Positions 21,135 to 31,219 of a stretch of DNA of 40,843 bases are shown here, in pieces. The notes under the pieces were generated by a model. That model saw nothing but the letters and a program-made list of their open reading frames with translations. It had not been told where the DNA came from and did not search any database. Source of the DNA: an uncultured Erysipelotrichaceae bacterium (GTDB lineage: Bacteria > Bacillota_I > Bacilli_A > RFN20 > CAG-826); assembly GCA_902802365.1 (NCBI GenBank), contig CADCLZ010000001.1, positions 77,393 to 118,235 of the forward strand. The letters are read 5' to 3'. Both the position numbers and the translations under genes were made by a program. Every line of letters starts with the position of its first letter. Position 1 is the stretch's first letter.

Positions 21135-21695
21135 ATGACCACCGAAGCAAAATTCAAATACGCCATCAAAGATTTGATGAAAACCCTTTCGATCGACGAG
21201 ATTTCGGTCACGGTTTTGTGCAAGAAGTGCAACTGCCACCGCCAGACCTTCTATTACCACTCTCAAGACATCTACGATTTGATCGCCGACATCCTTTTGA
21301 GCGAGAACCTTGAGGCTTTTGACCGTGCCAAGACCATCGAAGAAGCCTGCAACCAGTTCCTCCTCTATCTCAAAGAAAACTTCGACTTCTATCGGGCGAC
21401 CTATCTTTCCTCGGCGAAAGATCTTCCCGATGACTTCATCCATGACAAACTCCGCGCCAAATTCCTCGCGATTCTTTCTAAAGAAAGAAAGAAGTACGAG
21501 TTGAAGAAGCTCGACGAATGCCGCACCGCCGCGCGCCGCTTCTCCCGCGTCGTAAGCGATGAGTTCGGCGATCGGCTAAAGGAAAACGGGACAAACGCCG
21601 AGAAGTTCCAAAAGAAAATGAAAATCTATCTCGGTCGGGCGGAAACGATTTTGCTGCCCGCCGTTCTCACGATGTCCAGGGAGGAAGGAAAATGA
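21135..21695 (+). CDS. TetR/AcrR family regulator
   Basis: ISVTVLCKKCNCHRQTFYYH helix-turn-helix; ATG 21135 just after the ABC stop. Confidence 0.85.
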   Translation: MTTEAKFKYAIKDLMKTLSIDEISVTVLCKKCNCHRQTFYYHSQDIYDLIADILLSENLEAFDRAKTIEEACNQFLLYLKENFDFYRATYLSSAKDLPDDFIHDKLRAKFLAILSKERKKYELKKLDECRTAARRFSRVVSDEFGDRLKENGTNAEKFQKKMKIYLGRAETILLPAVLTMSREEGK

Positions 21696-22870
21696 TCGAC
21701 TTCACCTTTCAAAGCCCGACCAAAATCGTATTCGGCCGCCACGCGGAAGACCAATTAGCCCAAACCTTGAAGGATTTCGGCTTCGGCAGAGTTCTTTTGA
21801 TCTATGGCAGCGGCTCGATCAAACGCAGCGGCCTTTATCAGAGGATCCTCAATCAGCTCGATGGGGGAAGCATCAGTTACCAAGAACTCTCCGGCATCCG
21901 CGCCAATCCGGCCGTCGAAGGAGTTTATGAAGGCCTCAAAATGGCGAGAGCCTTCAAACCCGACGCCCTTCTTGCCGTTGGCGGAGGTTCGGTTATCGAT
22001 ACCGCCAAATCAATCGCGGTCGGTTATTACTACGAGGGCGATCCTTTCGATTTCAACCTCCATAAGCTCGCCCCGAAGAAGGCGCTTCCGATCGGCGTCG
22101 TTTTAACGATTTCCTCCGCCGGCAGCGAACTTTCCGATTCCTGCGTGATCTCCAACGACGCGTTAAAGGTGAAGCAAGGCTTCAATAACGACGTGGTTCG
22201 CCCGGTCTTCGCGATCGAAAACCCCGAACTCACTTATTCGGTTCCGAGCTATCAAAAAGCCGCGGGCATCTCCGATATCATGATGCACTCTTTGGAACGT
22301 TATCATTCCGCCTCGGGCGAATATGAGCTTTCCGACGATTTTGCTTTGGCGGTGATCAAACGCACGATGGAAGCCGGTTTGGCCACGCTAAAAGATTCCA
22401 CCGACTATAACGCCCACGCGGCGATCATGCTCAACAGCTCCTTAAGCCATAACGGCATCACCAACATCGGCAAACCGAAAGCGATGGTCGTCCATGCCTT
22501 GGAACACGTCATCAGCGCGTATAACCCCGACATCACCCACGGTGCCGGCGTTGCCCTCATTTATCCGGCCTGGGCGGAGCACGTCTACAAAGAAGACGTG
22601 GGCAAATTCGCCCGCCTCGGCCGCGCGCTTTTTGAAATTAAGAGTGATAACGACGAAGAAGCGGCTATAATAGGCATACGGTCGATGAAAGAGTTCTTTC
22701 GTTCGATCGGGATGCCGACTTCGTTTGCCGAAGTTGGAATCCACAAAGAGGATCTGCCTAACTTAATCGCTCTAGCTACGGGGAACGGAACACGTACGGT
22801 TGGCCTATACCCCCGACCGCTTGAAACGAAGGATGTGGAGGAAATCTACGCATCGCTTCTCGATGATTAA
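21692..22870 (+). CDS. Iron-containing alcohol (NADH-butanol type) dehydrogenase
   Basis: PTKIVFG, GSGSIK, AVGGGSVID, AGSE, HALEH, HGAG. Confidence 0.92.
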   Translation: MIDFTFQSPTKIVFGRHAEDQLAQTLKDFGFGRVLLIYGSGSIKRSGLYQRILNQLDGGSISYQELSGIRANPAVEGVYEGLKMARAFKPDALLAVGGGSVIDTAKSIAVGYYYEGDPFDFNLHKLAPKKALPIGVVLTISSAGSELSDSCVISNDALKVKQGFNNDVVRPVFAIENPELTYSVPSYQKAAGISDIMMHSLERYHSASGEYELSDDFALAVIKRTMEAGLATLKDSTDYNAHAAIMLNSSLSHNGITNIGKPKAMVVHALEHVISAYNPDITHGAGVALIYPAWAEHVYKEDVGKFARLGRALFEIKSDNDEEAAIIGIRSMKEFFRSIGMPTSFAEVGIHKEDLPNLIALATGNGTRTVGLYPRPLETKDVEEIYASLLDD

Positions 22871-22881
22871 GAGGCTTTTTT

Positions 22882-24063
22882 ATGAAAAGAAACGAATTCG
22901 CAACGATCTTGGCATATGTCGGGATGCTGGCCATCGCCTTGTTGGTCGGCTTTCTCGTCATTCGACCGATCCTGATCGATTGGAGCTCCTCCAATAAAAT
23001 CCTTTCGGTGATCATCTCCCTGGTCGTTGGCATTTTGATCAACGCGCTCTTCATCGAACTTGGGCATCTTTTGGGCGCCAAAGTCGGCCGCTACGAGGTT
23101 TATTCCTTCTGCGTGCTCGGCCTTTGCTTCAAAAAGGGCAAAGAAGGCAAATGGAAATTTGCTTTGAGCAACTTCGATGGCCTGACCGGCGAGACCAAGA
23201 TCTCTCCCAAAGACGTCAAAAAGGCGACTTCTTCCGGCATTATCGCCTTCCCGCTGTTCTTTTATCTCCTCGAAGTCATCATCGGCGTCATCTTGATGGC
23301 GGTTTCCTCGCGCCTTGTCACCGGCGCGGGTGGAACGACCGCCGACCCAGACGCAGTCTGGCTCCGCGTCGCCTCCGTCATCGTCCTCGCCGTAGGCGGC
23401 ATTATCTATCTCTATGATTATTTCCCCGCCCACCTCGACTCGGAAACCGACGGCTACCGCATGGTCCTTCTTTCTAAGAAGATGAATAAGGAAGCCTATA
23501 ACCAATTGCTCCTCAACCGTTATAACGCGGCGATGGGTTTGCCTTTGGTCGCTTATCCAATTTATGAAGCGGTCACCGATTACACCGCCCAGGTCAACAT
23601 GGACCGCGTTTATAGCGAGCTCGCCCAAAACAATTTCGGCCCGGCGATCCTGATCATCCAGAAAACCCTGGATACCGAAGAAAGAATCTCCGCCTCCACC
23701 AGAAGCGAAGCGATGGCTTTGAAACTCTCCTTGGTATTGCTCACCACCAAGCGCGATGCCGGCTTAGAGTACTACGAAAACATCGAGAACGAAGATCGGC
23801 GTTACCTCGCCGAATTCTTCAACGCGCCCTCTTTGAGGGCGTACCTGCTTGTCTCCGGCGTTTTGGAAGGCAGTGAAACCGAAACCAACTATGCGCTTGA
23901 TAAAGCGGCGAAGGTTTTGAAGAGAGTCCCCGAAGGCCGCAAGGAAGTCGAAGAACGTTTGATGGAGTTGACCGTCAAGCGCATCCAAACCCTGCATCCG
24001 TCTTGGAAGCTCAATCCCTGGAAGGACGAGCCGAAACAGCCGCAGGAAAAAGAAGAGAAATAA
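22882..24063 (+). CDS. Membrane protein, M50/site-2-protease-like with a degenerate HEXXH
   Basis: About 4 TMs, IELGHLLG in the second TM, later TDGYR, helical C-terminus. Confidence 0.65.
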   Translation: MKRNEFATILAYVGMLAIALLVGFLVIRPILIDWSSSNKILSVIISLVVGILINALFIELGHLLGAKVGRYEVYSFCVLGLCFKKGKEGKWKFALSNFDGLTGETKISPKDVKKATSSGIIAFPLFFYLLEVIIGVILMAVSSRLVTGAGGTTADPDAVWLRVASVIVLAVGGIIYLYDYFPAHLDSETDGYRMVLLSKKMNKEAYNQLLLNRYNAAMGLPLVAYPIYEAVTDYTAQVNMDRVYSELAQNNFGPAILIIQKTLDTEERISASTRSEAMALKLSLVLLTTKRDAGLEYYENIENEDRRYLAEFFNAPSLRAYLLVSGVLEGSETETNYALDKAAKVLKRVPEGRKEVEERLMELTVKRIQTLHPSWKLNPWKDEPKQPQEKEEK

Positions 24064-24067
24064 AAGC

Positions 24068-24095
24068 AAAGCCCCCGGAAATCCGAGGGCTTTTT
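24068..24095. terminator. Bidirectional terminator
   Basis: AAAGCCCCCGGA...TCCGAGGGCTTTTT between convergent genes. Confidence 0.65.
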
Positions 24096-24118
24096 CTTAA
24101 AAGAGGAGGGACGTTGGC

Positions 24119-25441
24119 TTATTTTCCGCCGATCGACATCGATTTGATATAGGCGTCGGCGATCGAGACGGAGCTGGTTTTTAACTCAACCCGAGAGTCG
24201 AAGCCCTTCAAATCTTTGAGCATCTTCAGCAAGTTGCCGCTTAAGGTGATGAGATTTAAGGGTTCGGCGACTTTGCCATCGCGGATCATGAAGCCTTCAG
24301 CTTGGCAGGAGAAGTCGCCCGACTGCGAGTTCATGCCGGTGCCAAGCCCGGCAACATCGGTGATGTAAACGCCTTCTTTGATCGGGGAGATCATCTCTTC
24401 GAAGCTTTCTTTGCCTGGCTTCACGAAGATATTGCCGAAGCCGATTCCGATCTTGCTGCCCGCCCAAGAGCCGTTGCCAGTAGAGGAAACGCCGTCTTTC
24501 TTCGCGGTTTCAAGGTTGTAGAAATAGGTTTTGAGGACGCCGTTTTTGACGATCTGCTTATTTTGGGTGGCCACGCCTTCGTCGTCGAAATAAGAGAAGA
24601 AGACGTTTTTCTCCAAAGGCCGTTCCTCGATGGTCAATTTGCTTGAAGCAATCTTTTGCCCGAGCTTGCCGATTAAGAAGGAAGATTGACGTTGGACTTC
24701 ATCGCTAGAAGCCGATTCGAGGAAGTATTCAAGAAGATCGGCCATGACATCGCCATGGATGACGGTCGGGTATTTGCCCGAGACGCAGGGGGCGCCGCCG
24801 AACTTCGCCAAGGCGATATCGACCGCTTTTTTGACCAACTCTTCGGGGTTGATCTTCGAGAAATCGCTCTCGAGGAAGACGTTATAACCGGTTTTGACTT
24901 CGCCATTTTGCTCAGCCTTCACGCCGAGGACGATGAAGAAGTAATTGGATTTCTGCTTCAGCTTCAAACCGAACGAGTTATAGAACTCGGATTCGGAGGA
25001 AGATTCCGAATAACGGACCGTGGGAACATCGGTGATCCTCGGATCCGCGGCATAGGCAAGATCTTCGATCTTATGCATTAACGCGATCTTCTCTTCCGCG
25101 CTGACTTTCGCCAGCGCAGGATTGAAGACGTTCCTCTTATGGTATTTCGGGCTGCCGGGGAAGATTTCCTTTTGGCCTTCTTCTTCGACGAAGGAGGCGG
25201 AGGTGACGATTTGATCGGCCAAGAAATCGAAGGTGTCTTTGCCTAGCTTTTCGGTCCTTCCGCTGCCGAACTTGCCGTTATAGATGCCACAGCCGACGAC
25301 CAATTGGCTATGGGAGACTTTGTAATTCTCGATTTCCCGATGGAAAAGCGAGAACGAGAAAGAAGAAGACTTCCCGATTTGGATTTGGCTTTGCGCAACG
25401 CCTTTGGATTTGGCGATTTCAAAGAATTTGCCGACGTTCAT
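24119..25441 (-). CDS. pmbA: TldE/PmbA family protein
   Basis: FDDEGV, NSQSGDFS, ITLSGN, no HEXXGH; overlaps the tldD stop. Confidence 0.9.
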   Translation of the reverse strand: MNVGKFFEIAKSKGVAQSQIQIGKSSSFSFSLFHREIENYKVSHSQLVVGCGIYNGKFGSGRTEKLGKDTFDFLADQIVTSASFVEEEGQKEIFPGSPKYHKRNVFNPALAKVSAEEKIALMHKIEDLAYAADPRITDVPTVRYSESSSESEFYNSFGLKLKQKSNYFFIVLGVKAEQNGEVKTGYNVFLESDFSKINPEELVKKAVDIALAKFGGAPCVSGKYPTVIHGDVMADLLEYFLESASSDEVQRQSSFLIGKLGQKIASSKLTIEERPLEKNVFFSYFDDEGVATQNKQIVKNGVLKTYFYNLETAKKDGVSSTGNGSWAGSKIGIGFGNIFVKPGKESFEEMISPIKEGVYITDVAGLGTGMNSQSGDFSCQAEGFMIRDGKVAEPLNLITLSGNLLKMLKDLKGFDSRVELKTSSVSIADAYIKSMSIGGK

Positions 25442-26797
25442 TCTAGTTTTCCTCCTCTGCCACCAACGGTGATGCTGCTAAGACGGATCGTAGGCTGGCC
25501 AACGCAGACGGGGACCATGCCGCTGGCCGCGCCGCACATGCCAACGCCGAGGTCGAGGTCGTTGCCGACGCGGTCGATATTCATAAGAACATCCCGACCG
25601 TTTCCGATCAAGGTGCAGCCTTTGAGCATCTCGGCGATCTTTCCATCGCGGATGACATAAGCCTCCGAAGCCGAGAAGTTGAAGTCGCCGGTCGCCGGTT
25701 CGACGGAACCGCCGCCGAAGTTGGCGACATAGATGCCAAGCTTCGTGTCTTTGATGATCTGCTCGGGATCATCCTTGCCGGCGGCGATGTAGGTGTTGCT
25801 CATACGCGAGGTCGGCTCGAACTTATAGCTTTGCCTTCTCGAGGTGCCGTTTTCCGGCATCCCAAGCCGTCTGCCATTCAGCTTATCGACGAGGTAATTG
25901 ACGCAGATGCCGTTTTTGATGAGTTGGGTCTTATGGGTCGGGACTCCTTCGGAGTCGAGGTTGTTGGAACCCCAGGCATTTGGGATGGTGCCGTCATCAT
26001 ATCGAAAGCTTCTTCGAGGTGGAGCTGGCTTCTAGAGGATGCCCGCAGGCTTCGTGGAAGAGGACGCCGCCCCAACCGTTGGTGATGACGACCGGATATT
26101 GCCCGGACGGGCATTCCTTCGCCGAAAGGGCGGCAATCGCCTTCTCGCCGACTTCGCGCGCCGCCTTCTTATAATCGAGGACATCGGTGAAGTAGGAGAA
26201 ATCGACGAATTTGCCCGGTGCGCTATAAGCGGTTTCGATCTGGCCTTCTTGGCCCATCGCGACCGCGGCCATCGTCATCCTGCCGCGTTCTTCGGAGTTG
26301 ACGAAGTGGTTGCCGATCGTTCCTTCGGCGTTATAGATCTCGATTTGCTTGTAGTTGTCCGCAAACCCGGTGATGATGCGGACGATCCGCGGGTCCACCG
26401 CCTTAATCGCCGCATGGCATTCTTTGAGGAAATCGATCTTCTTTTCGACCGGGATCTCCGAATAATGGGTTTTGATCGGGTTGATGACCTTCACCCTTTG
26501 CTTACGGATATCCGCGACTTGCACGACGCGGTCTCCTTCAAAACGCCTCGCTAACGTAGAGGCCAACTCCAGCAAACTCTTTTGGCTGAGGTCGCTGGTA
26601 TAACCATAAACCGAATTCAATCCTTTGAGGACGCGGATGCCGCAGCCATAACTTTGCCCGGACCCGCAAGCATCGACCTTGCCGTTTTCCAGCGAGATCG
26701 ATTCGGAATCGTTCTGCTCCAGATAGATTTCGGCATAGTCCCCGCCGGTTTCTAAAGCCGCGTTAAGGACTTTGATTGCCAAAGCTTTTCCAATCAT
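25438..26797 (-). pseudogene. tldD: TldD metalloprotease, frameshifted near 26000 in this sequence
   Basis: LFHEACGHPLE then a frame change to DDGTIPNAWGS...RMSNTY...CGAASG...GQPT; roughly 17 expected residues missing at the junction. Confidence 0.88.
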
Positions 26798-26893
26798 GGG
26801 ATTCGCTCCTTTCACAACATTCCCGCATATTAACATGCAACCTTTTTTCTACAAGGAAATTCAATCAAAACCGCTTTTGGTTATACTTAAAGG

Positions 26894-27496
26894 GTGAATT
26901 TCGTAGAAAACCTCGAGAAAATCAACGCTTCCTACCAAAAGAGAAAGCCCTTTTTCACAAAGGAAGAAATCAGGCGGATTGCCGGGAAAGACACCCCGGA
27001 AGGACGGATGGTAGATCTCTTCTCCTTCAAATACGCCAAACGGACTTCCTTGATCCAGGCGGCGGAGATTTTATATGGCTATGTGGCGAAAAGCTATGGG
27101 GAAGAAGGAAATGAAGCCCAAAGCCATTATCCGACTTGGGTATTCTTCTCCCCGGCCAAAAACGTGAATGAGAACCCTTTGCTTCTAAAAGAAGCGGCCA
27201 AATCTTTCGCTTCCTTTGCCCAAGGCGAGCCAAAAGACGCCAAGGAGCGGAAAATTCAACGGTTTTGGAAGGAAAACTGGACCGAGCTAGATTACTTCGA
27301 ACTACCGAAAACGCATACACGGGGCACCTTAATTTATCTTTCGGTGGCCTATTTCAAGACCTCCGCCATTGAGAATTTCCATCTCGGCCTTAATCTGATC
27401 CTGGCCAATCGCGGGGTATCGAAGGAAATCCTTTACCTCCCCGAAGAGTATTGGAGCAAGGATTGGGCGGAATATTATAAGAACCCAGAGTTTTAG
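26894..27496 (+). CDS. Hypothetical protein
   Basis: 200-aa ORF filling the gap, GTG start 6 nt after TATACT; no recognised motif. Confidence 0.65.
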   Translation: MNFVENLEKINASYQKRKPFFTKEEIRRIAGKDTPEGRMVDLFSFKYAKRTSLIQAAEILYGYVAKSYGEEGNEAQSHYPTWVFFSPAKNVNENPLLLKEAAKSFASFAQGEPKDAKERKIQRFWKENWTELDYFELPKTHTRGTLIYLSVAYFKTSAIENFHLGLNLILANRGVSKEILYLPEEYWSKDWAEYYKNPEF

Positions 27497-27506
27497 GAGG
27501 GCGGTT

Positions 27507-28080
27507 ATGGCAAGGCTTCTTTATCAAGGACACGGTTCCTTGCGGTTTGTCTCCAACGAGGGCAAAGTTCTCTATCTCGACCCGTTCGCCGGCGGAGGAT
27601 ATGACCTCCCTGCGGATCTGGTTTTGATCACCCATGAGCATTATGACCACAACCAGATCAATCTGGTCCCTATGAAGCCGAGGACGATCATCATCCGCAG
27701 CAAAGACGCGTTGATCAACGGGGTGTATCACCACTTCGATTACTGCGGCTTTCATATCCAAGCGGTTCCGGCCTATAACGCGAACCACCCGCGCAACGAA
27801 TGCGTTGGCTACCTCTTAGAGGTACTGCGCACGCGACACCTCCACCACCGATTACATGCCGACTTTGGGCAAGATGGATATCGATTATGCCTTCCTGCCG
27901 ATTGATGGGATTTATAACATGGGCCCGAAGGAAGCAAGCGACTGCGCGCGTCTTATCAACCCTAAGCACCTGATCCCGATCCATTCGAAGCCCGGCATGC
28001 TCTTCGACATGCAGCAGACGATGAAAGTCGATTATGAGAAGGCGATGTTGGTTCGGCCGGGCGACATCGTCGAACTTTGA
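27507..28080 (+). pseudogene. MBL-fold metallo-hydrolase, frameshifted near 27823
   Basis: GHGS, DP, THEHYDH, PAYN...GYLLEV then a new frame YCARDT...FLPIDGIYNMGPKEA...IPIH; AGGAGG SD. Confidence 0.85.
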
Positions 28081-28159
28081 GGAAGAAAAGCCAGAAAAAG
28101 ACGATTTCCGCGATTTTTCCTTGCAACCCTAAAGGGTTTTCGGTATCGTACTAGGCGTA

Positions 28160-28195
28160 CTCTCTGTGCTTACCAAAAGCACGGCGAAAGGAGCT
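28160..28195 (+). promoter_or_regulatory. Probable L31 ribosomal leader hairpin
   Basis: CTGTGCTT-ACCAA-AAGCACGG hairpin abutting GAAAGGAG; TTGCAA-17-TATCGT candidate promoter upstream. Confidence 0.45.
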
Positions 28196-28201
28196 AAAGG
28201 A

Positions 28202-28423
28202 ATGAAAAAAGGAATCCACCCTGCTTACCATCACTGCGTGGTCACTTGCACCAGCTGCGGAAGCACCTTCGAGACCGGTTCCACTTTGAAGGAAATCAAA
28301 GTCGACACCTGCTCGAACTGCCACCCCTTCTACACCGGCAAGCAGCGTACGGTCAGAGCCGACGGCAGGATCGACCGCTTCAACAGGAAGTTGGCCAAAG
28401 TCCAAGAAAACCAAGGCAAATAA
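28202..28423 (+). CDS. rpmE: 50S ribosomal protein L31, zinc-binding type
   Basis: [13 protein letters not shown]...[17 protein letters not shown]. Confidence 0.96.
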   Translation: MKKGIHPAYHHCVVTCTSCGSTFETGSTLKEIKVDTCSNCHPFYTGKQRTVRADGRIDRFNRKLAKVQENQGK

Positions 28424-28434
28424 ACCAAACGAAG

Positions 28435-28461
28435 AAGACCGCCGAATATCGGCGGTTTTTT
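28435..28461 (+). terminator. Intrinsic terminator after rpmE
   Basis: ACCGCCGA/TCGGCGGT stem plus T tract. Confidence 0.8.
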
Positions 28462-28493
28462 CTTTCCCCGCTTTGCACTAAACTTTACTTGAT

Positions 28494-29510
28494 ATGAAAA
28501 CCCTGATTTATTTCCAAGACGTCGACACCATCAAGAAAAGCGGGATCGGAAGGGCGATGAAGCATCAGCTTCAAGCCTGTGAAGATGCCGGGGTGGAGAC
28601 GACGATCGATAAAAAAGACACCTACGATTTGGCCCACATCAACACTTATTGGGGGAAATCGCAAAGGCTGCTGAAAAAACTTAAGAAACAAGGTGTGCCT
28701 GTGATCGCCCACGGCCACACCACCGTCGAAGATTTCCGCCGATCTTTCAAGATCTGGCAACTGATCGCACCGTTTGTGAAAAAAGGCATCTATTACATGT
28801 ACGGCCATGCAGACATGGTCATCACCCCCACCCCATATTCCAAGAGCCTGATCGAGGCCTATGGGGTTGCGAAGAAAGTCGTCGCCATCTCCAACGGCAT
28901 CGACATTCCGCTTTATGCCTCTGACCCCCAAGCGGTGAAAGATTTCCGCGAGAAATTTGGGCTTAAAGAAGACGAGAAATTCGTCATGTCGGTCGGCTTC
29001 CCCTTCGAAAAGAAAGGGCTGCTCGACTTCATAGAAGTCGCGAGGAAATTCCCAGATGTGAAATTCTTCTGGTTCGGCCAATTGGCGAGGATCCTCGAGA
29101 CCGAAAAGGTCGCTAGAGCAAAGCGGCGCGCCCCGAAGAACGTCATCTTCCCGGGCTATGTCGAAGGAAGATTGATCCGCGGCGCCTATCAAAGCGCGGT
29201 CTGCCTCTTCTTCGCCTCCTATGAGGAGAACGAGGGCATCGTGGTCTTGGAGGCTTTAGCCTCCCATTGCCCGTTGCTCCTGCGCGACATTGGGACCTAT
29301 CACCCGTGGTTGGAGGATGGCGTGAATGCCCACCTTAAGAAAAACAACGAAGAATTCGCCGAAGAGATCAAGAAACTGATCGAGAACGGCGAAGACGCGA
29401 AGATCCTCGAAGCCGGCTATCAAGTCGCCAAAGAACGCGACCTGCCGTTAGTCGGTCAGCAGCTAAAAGAAGCCTATGAAGGCTTATTGAAGGAAAAAGG
29501 ACGACTTTGA
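28494..29510 (+). CDS. GT4 glycosyltransferase, diglycosyl-diacylglycerol synthase-like (CpoA/Dgs)
   Basis: SGIGRA, HGHTTVEDF, ISNGID, SYEENEGIVVLEALA (EX7E). Confidence 0.88.
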   Translation: MKTLIYFQDVDTIKKSGIGRAMKHQLQACEDAGVETTIDKKDTYDLAHINTYWGKSQRLLKKLKKQGVPVIAHGHTTVEDFRRSFKIWQLIAPFVKKGIYYMYGHADMVITPTPYSKSLIEAYGVAKKVVAISNGIDIPLYASDPQAVKDFREKFGLKEDEKFVMSVGFPFEKKGLLDFIEVARKFPDVKFFWFGQLARILETEKVARAKRRAPKNVIFPGYVEGRLIRGAYQSAVCLFFASYEENEGIVVLEALASHCPLLLRDIGTYHPWLEDGVNAHLKKNNEEFAEEIKKLIENGEDAKILEAGYQVAKERDLPLVGQQLKEAYEGLLKEKGRL

Positions 29511-29526
29511 TTCGTCCTTTTCTTTT
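29494..29526 (+). terminator. Terminator overlapping the GT4 stop codon
   Basis: AAAAGGACGA/TCGTCCTTTT stem followed by CTTTT. Confidence 0.6.
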
Positions 29527-29602
29527 AAAAAAAGAAAGCAAGGACTACAATGACGAAGCAAAAAATACGCGGCAACGTGCCCATTTGCAGGAGGCCCCAC
29601 GG

Positions 29603-31219
29603 ATGAATCAAAACAAAAAGAAATTTTATATCAGCACGCCGATCTATTACCCGAGCGCCCAGCCACACCTTGGCCACGCCTATTGCACGACGTTAACCGA
29701 CGTCATCGCCAGAGGCAAAAGGCTCCGGGGATACGACGTGTTTTTCGTCACTGGTTTGGACGAGCACGGCGAGAAGATCCAGAAGAACGCCGAAGCCAAA
29801 GGCGAGACCCCGCAGGAATTCGTCGACCATGTCGCCGACACCTTCCTTTCCCTCTGGGATGCGATGAAGATCTCGAATGACGGCTGGATCCGGACCACCC
29901 AACAACGGCACTGGAAGACCGTGCAGAAGATCTTCTCCAGGATGCTGGAGCAAGACGACATCTATCTCTCTTCTTATGAAGGCTGGTACTGCGTCCACGA
30001 AGAAAGCTTCTGGACCGAGACCCAGGTCGGCCCCGAGCATCTTTGCCCCGAATGCGGCCGTCCGGTCGAAAAAGCCGAAGAACCTGCTTATTTCTATCGC
30101 TGCGGGAAGCATGTCGACTCGCTGCTTAAGTATTACGAAGAGCACCCCGATTTCATCACCCCGGTCTCCCGGAAGAACGAGATGGTCAATAACTTCATTA
30201 AACCCGGCCTCCAGGATCTCTGCGTCTCCCGCACCTCCTTCTCCTGGGGAATCCCGGTCGTCGAAGACCCAAAGCACGTCGTCTATGTTTGGCTTGATGC
30301 CTTGACCAACTACATCACCTGCCTTGGCTATCTCCAGGAAGACGATTCCAAGTTCCAGTATTTCTGGGATGACCCGAACACCGAAATCGTCCATGTCATC
30401 GGCGCGGATATCACCAGGTTCCACACCATCTATTGGCCGATGTTCCTTGAGTCCTTAGGACTCAGAGAACCCGACCGGGTGTTCGTCCACGGCCTTTTGA
30501 TGATGAAAGGCGGCAAGATGAGCAAATCCAGGGGCAACGCGATCTCCGCTTACCCCTTGATCGAACGTTACGGGGTCGACGCGGTCCGTTATTACCTCGT
30601 GAGCGAGGTGACCTTCGGGCAGAACGGCACCTTCACCCCCGAGCAGTTCGTCGAAAGAATCAATCAAGATCTCGCCAATAACTTCGGCAACCTTTTGAAT
30701 CGTTCGATCTCGATGATCGACAAATACTATCAAGGCGAGATCCCCGCTTATGAAGGCGAGGTCACCCCGCTGGATGAAGACCTCCATAAGGAGATGGAGA
30801 AGACTCTGGTTTCTTATGAAGCCCTCAATGACGATATGAAGGTCACCGAGGCTTATGAAGAAGTCATGAATCTCGTCTCCGCGGCCAACAAATACATCCA
30901 GGATTCCGCTCCGTGGGTGCTGGCAAAAGATCCGAGCAAGAGCAAAGAACTCGCTTCCTGCATGGCCCATTTGGCCCACGTGATCTATGAAGCCGGCATG
31001 CTTTTGTCCCCGATCATGGTCGAAAAGACCCCCGAGCTTTTGAAGCAGCTCGGCGTTCCGGAGGAACTTAGGACCTATGAGAACATCAAGAACTTCGGTT
31101 TCTTGAATGGCCTTAAGGTCGCGAAGGGCTCTCCGCTTTTCCCGCGCCTTGAAGAGGCCAAGGAAATCGAATACATCGCCTCTTTGATGGCGGCCCCGAA
31201 AGAAAAGGCGGCGGCCTGA
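29603..31219 (+). CDS. metG: Methionine--tRNA ligase (short form without the C-terminal OB domain)
   Basis: PIYYPS, HLGH, GLDEHG, YVWLDAL, KMSKS; AGGAGG before ATG 29603. Confidence 0.96.
   Translation: MNQNKKKFYISTPIYYPSAQPHLGHAYCTTLTDVIARGKRLRGYDVFFVTGLDEHGEKIQKNAEAKGETPQEFVDHVADTFLSLWDAMKISNDGWIRTTQQRHWKTVQKIFSRMLEQDDIYLSSYEGWYCVHEESFWTETQVGPEHLCPECGRPVEKAEEPAYFYRCGKHVDSLLKYYEEHPDFITPVSRKNEMVNNFIKPGLQDLCVSRTSFSWGIPVVEDPKHVVYVWLDALTNYITCLGYLQEDDSKFQYFWDDPNTEIVHVIGADITRFHTIYWPMFLESLGLREPDRVFVHGLLMMKGGKMSKSRGNAISAYPLIERYGVDAVRYYLVSEVTFGQNGTFTPEQFVERINQDLANNFGNLLNRSISMIDKYYQGEIPAYEGEVTPLDEDLHKEMEKTLVSYEALNDDMKVTEAYEEVMNLVSAANKYIQDSAPWVLAKDPSKSKELASCMAHLAHVIYEAGMLLSPIMVEKTPELLKQLGVPEELRTYENIKNFGFLNGLKVAKGSPLFPRLEEAKEIEYIASLMAAPKEKAAA

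Noticed and set aside
25990-27830. Programmed frameshifting in tldD or the MBL gene
   Set aside because: No slippery heptamer at either junction, and conserved residues are physically missing
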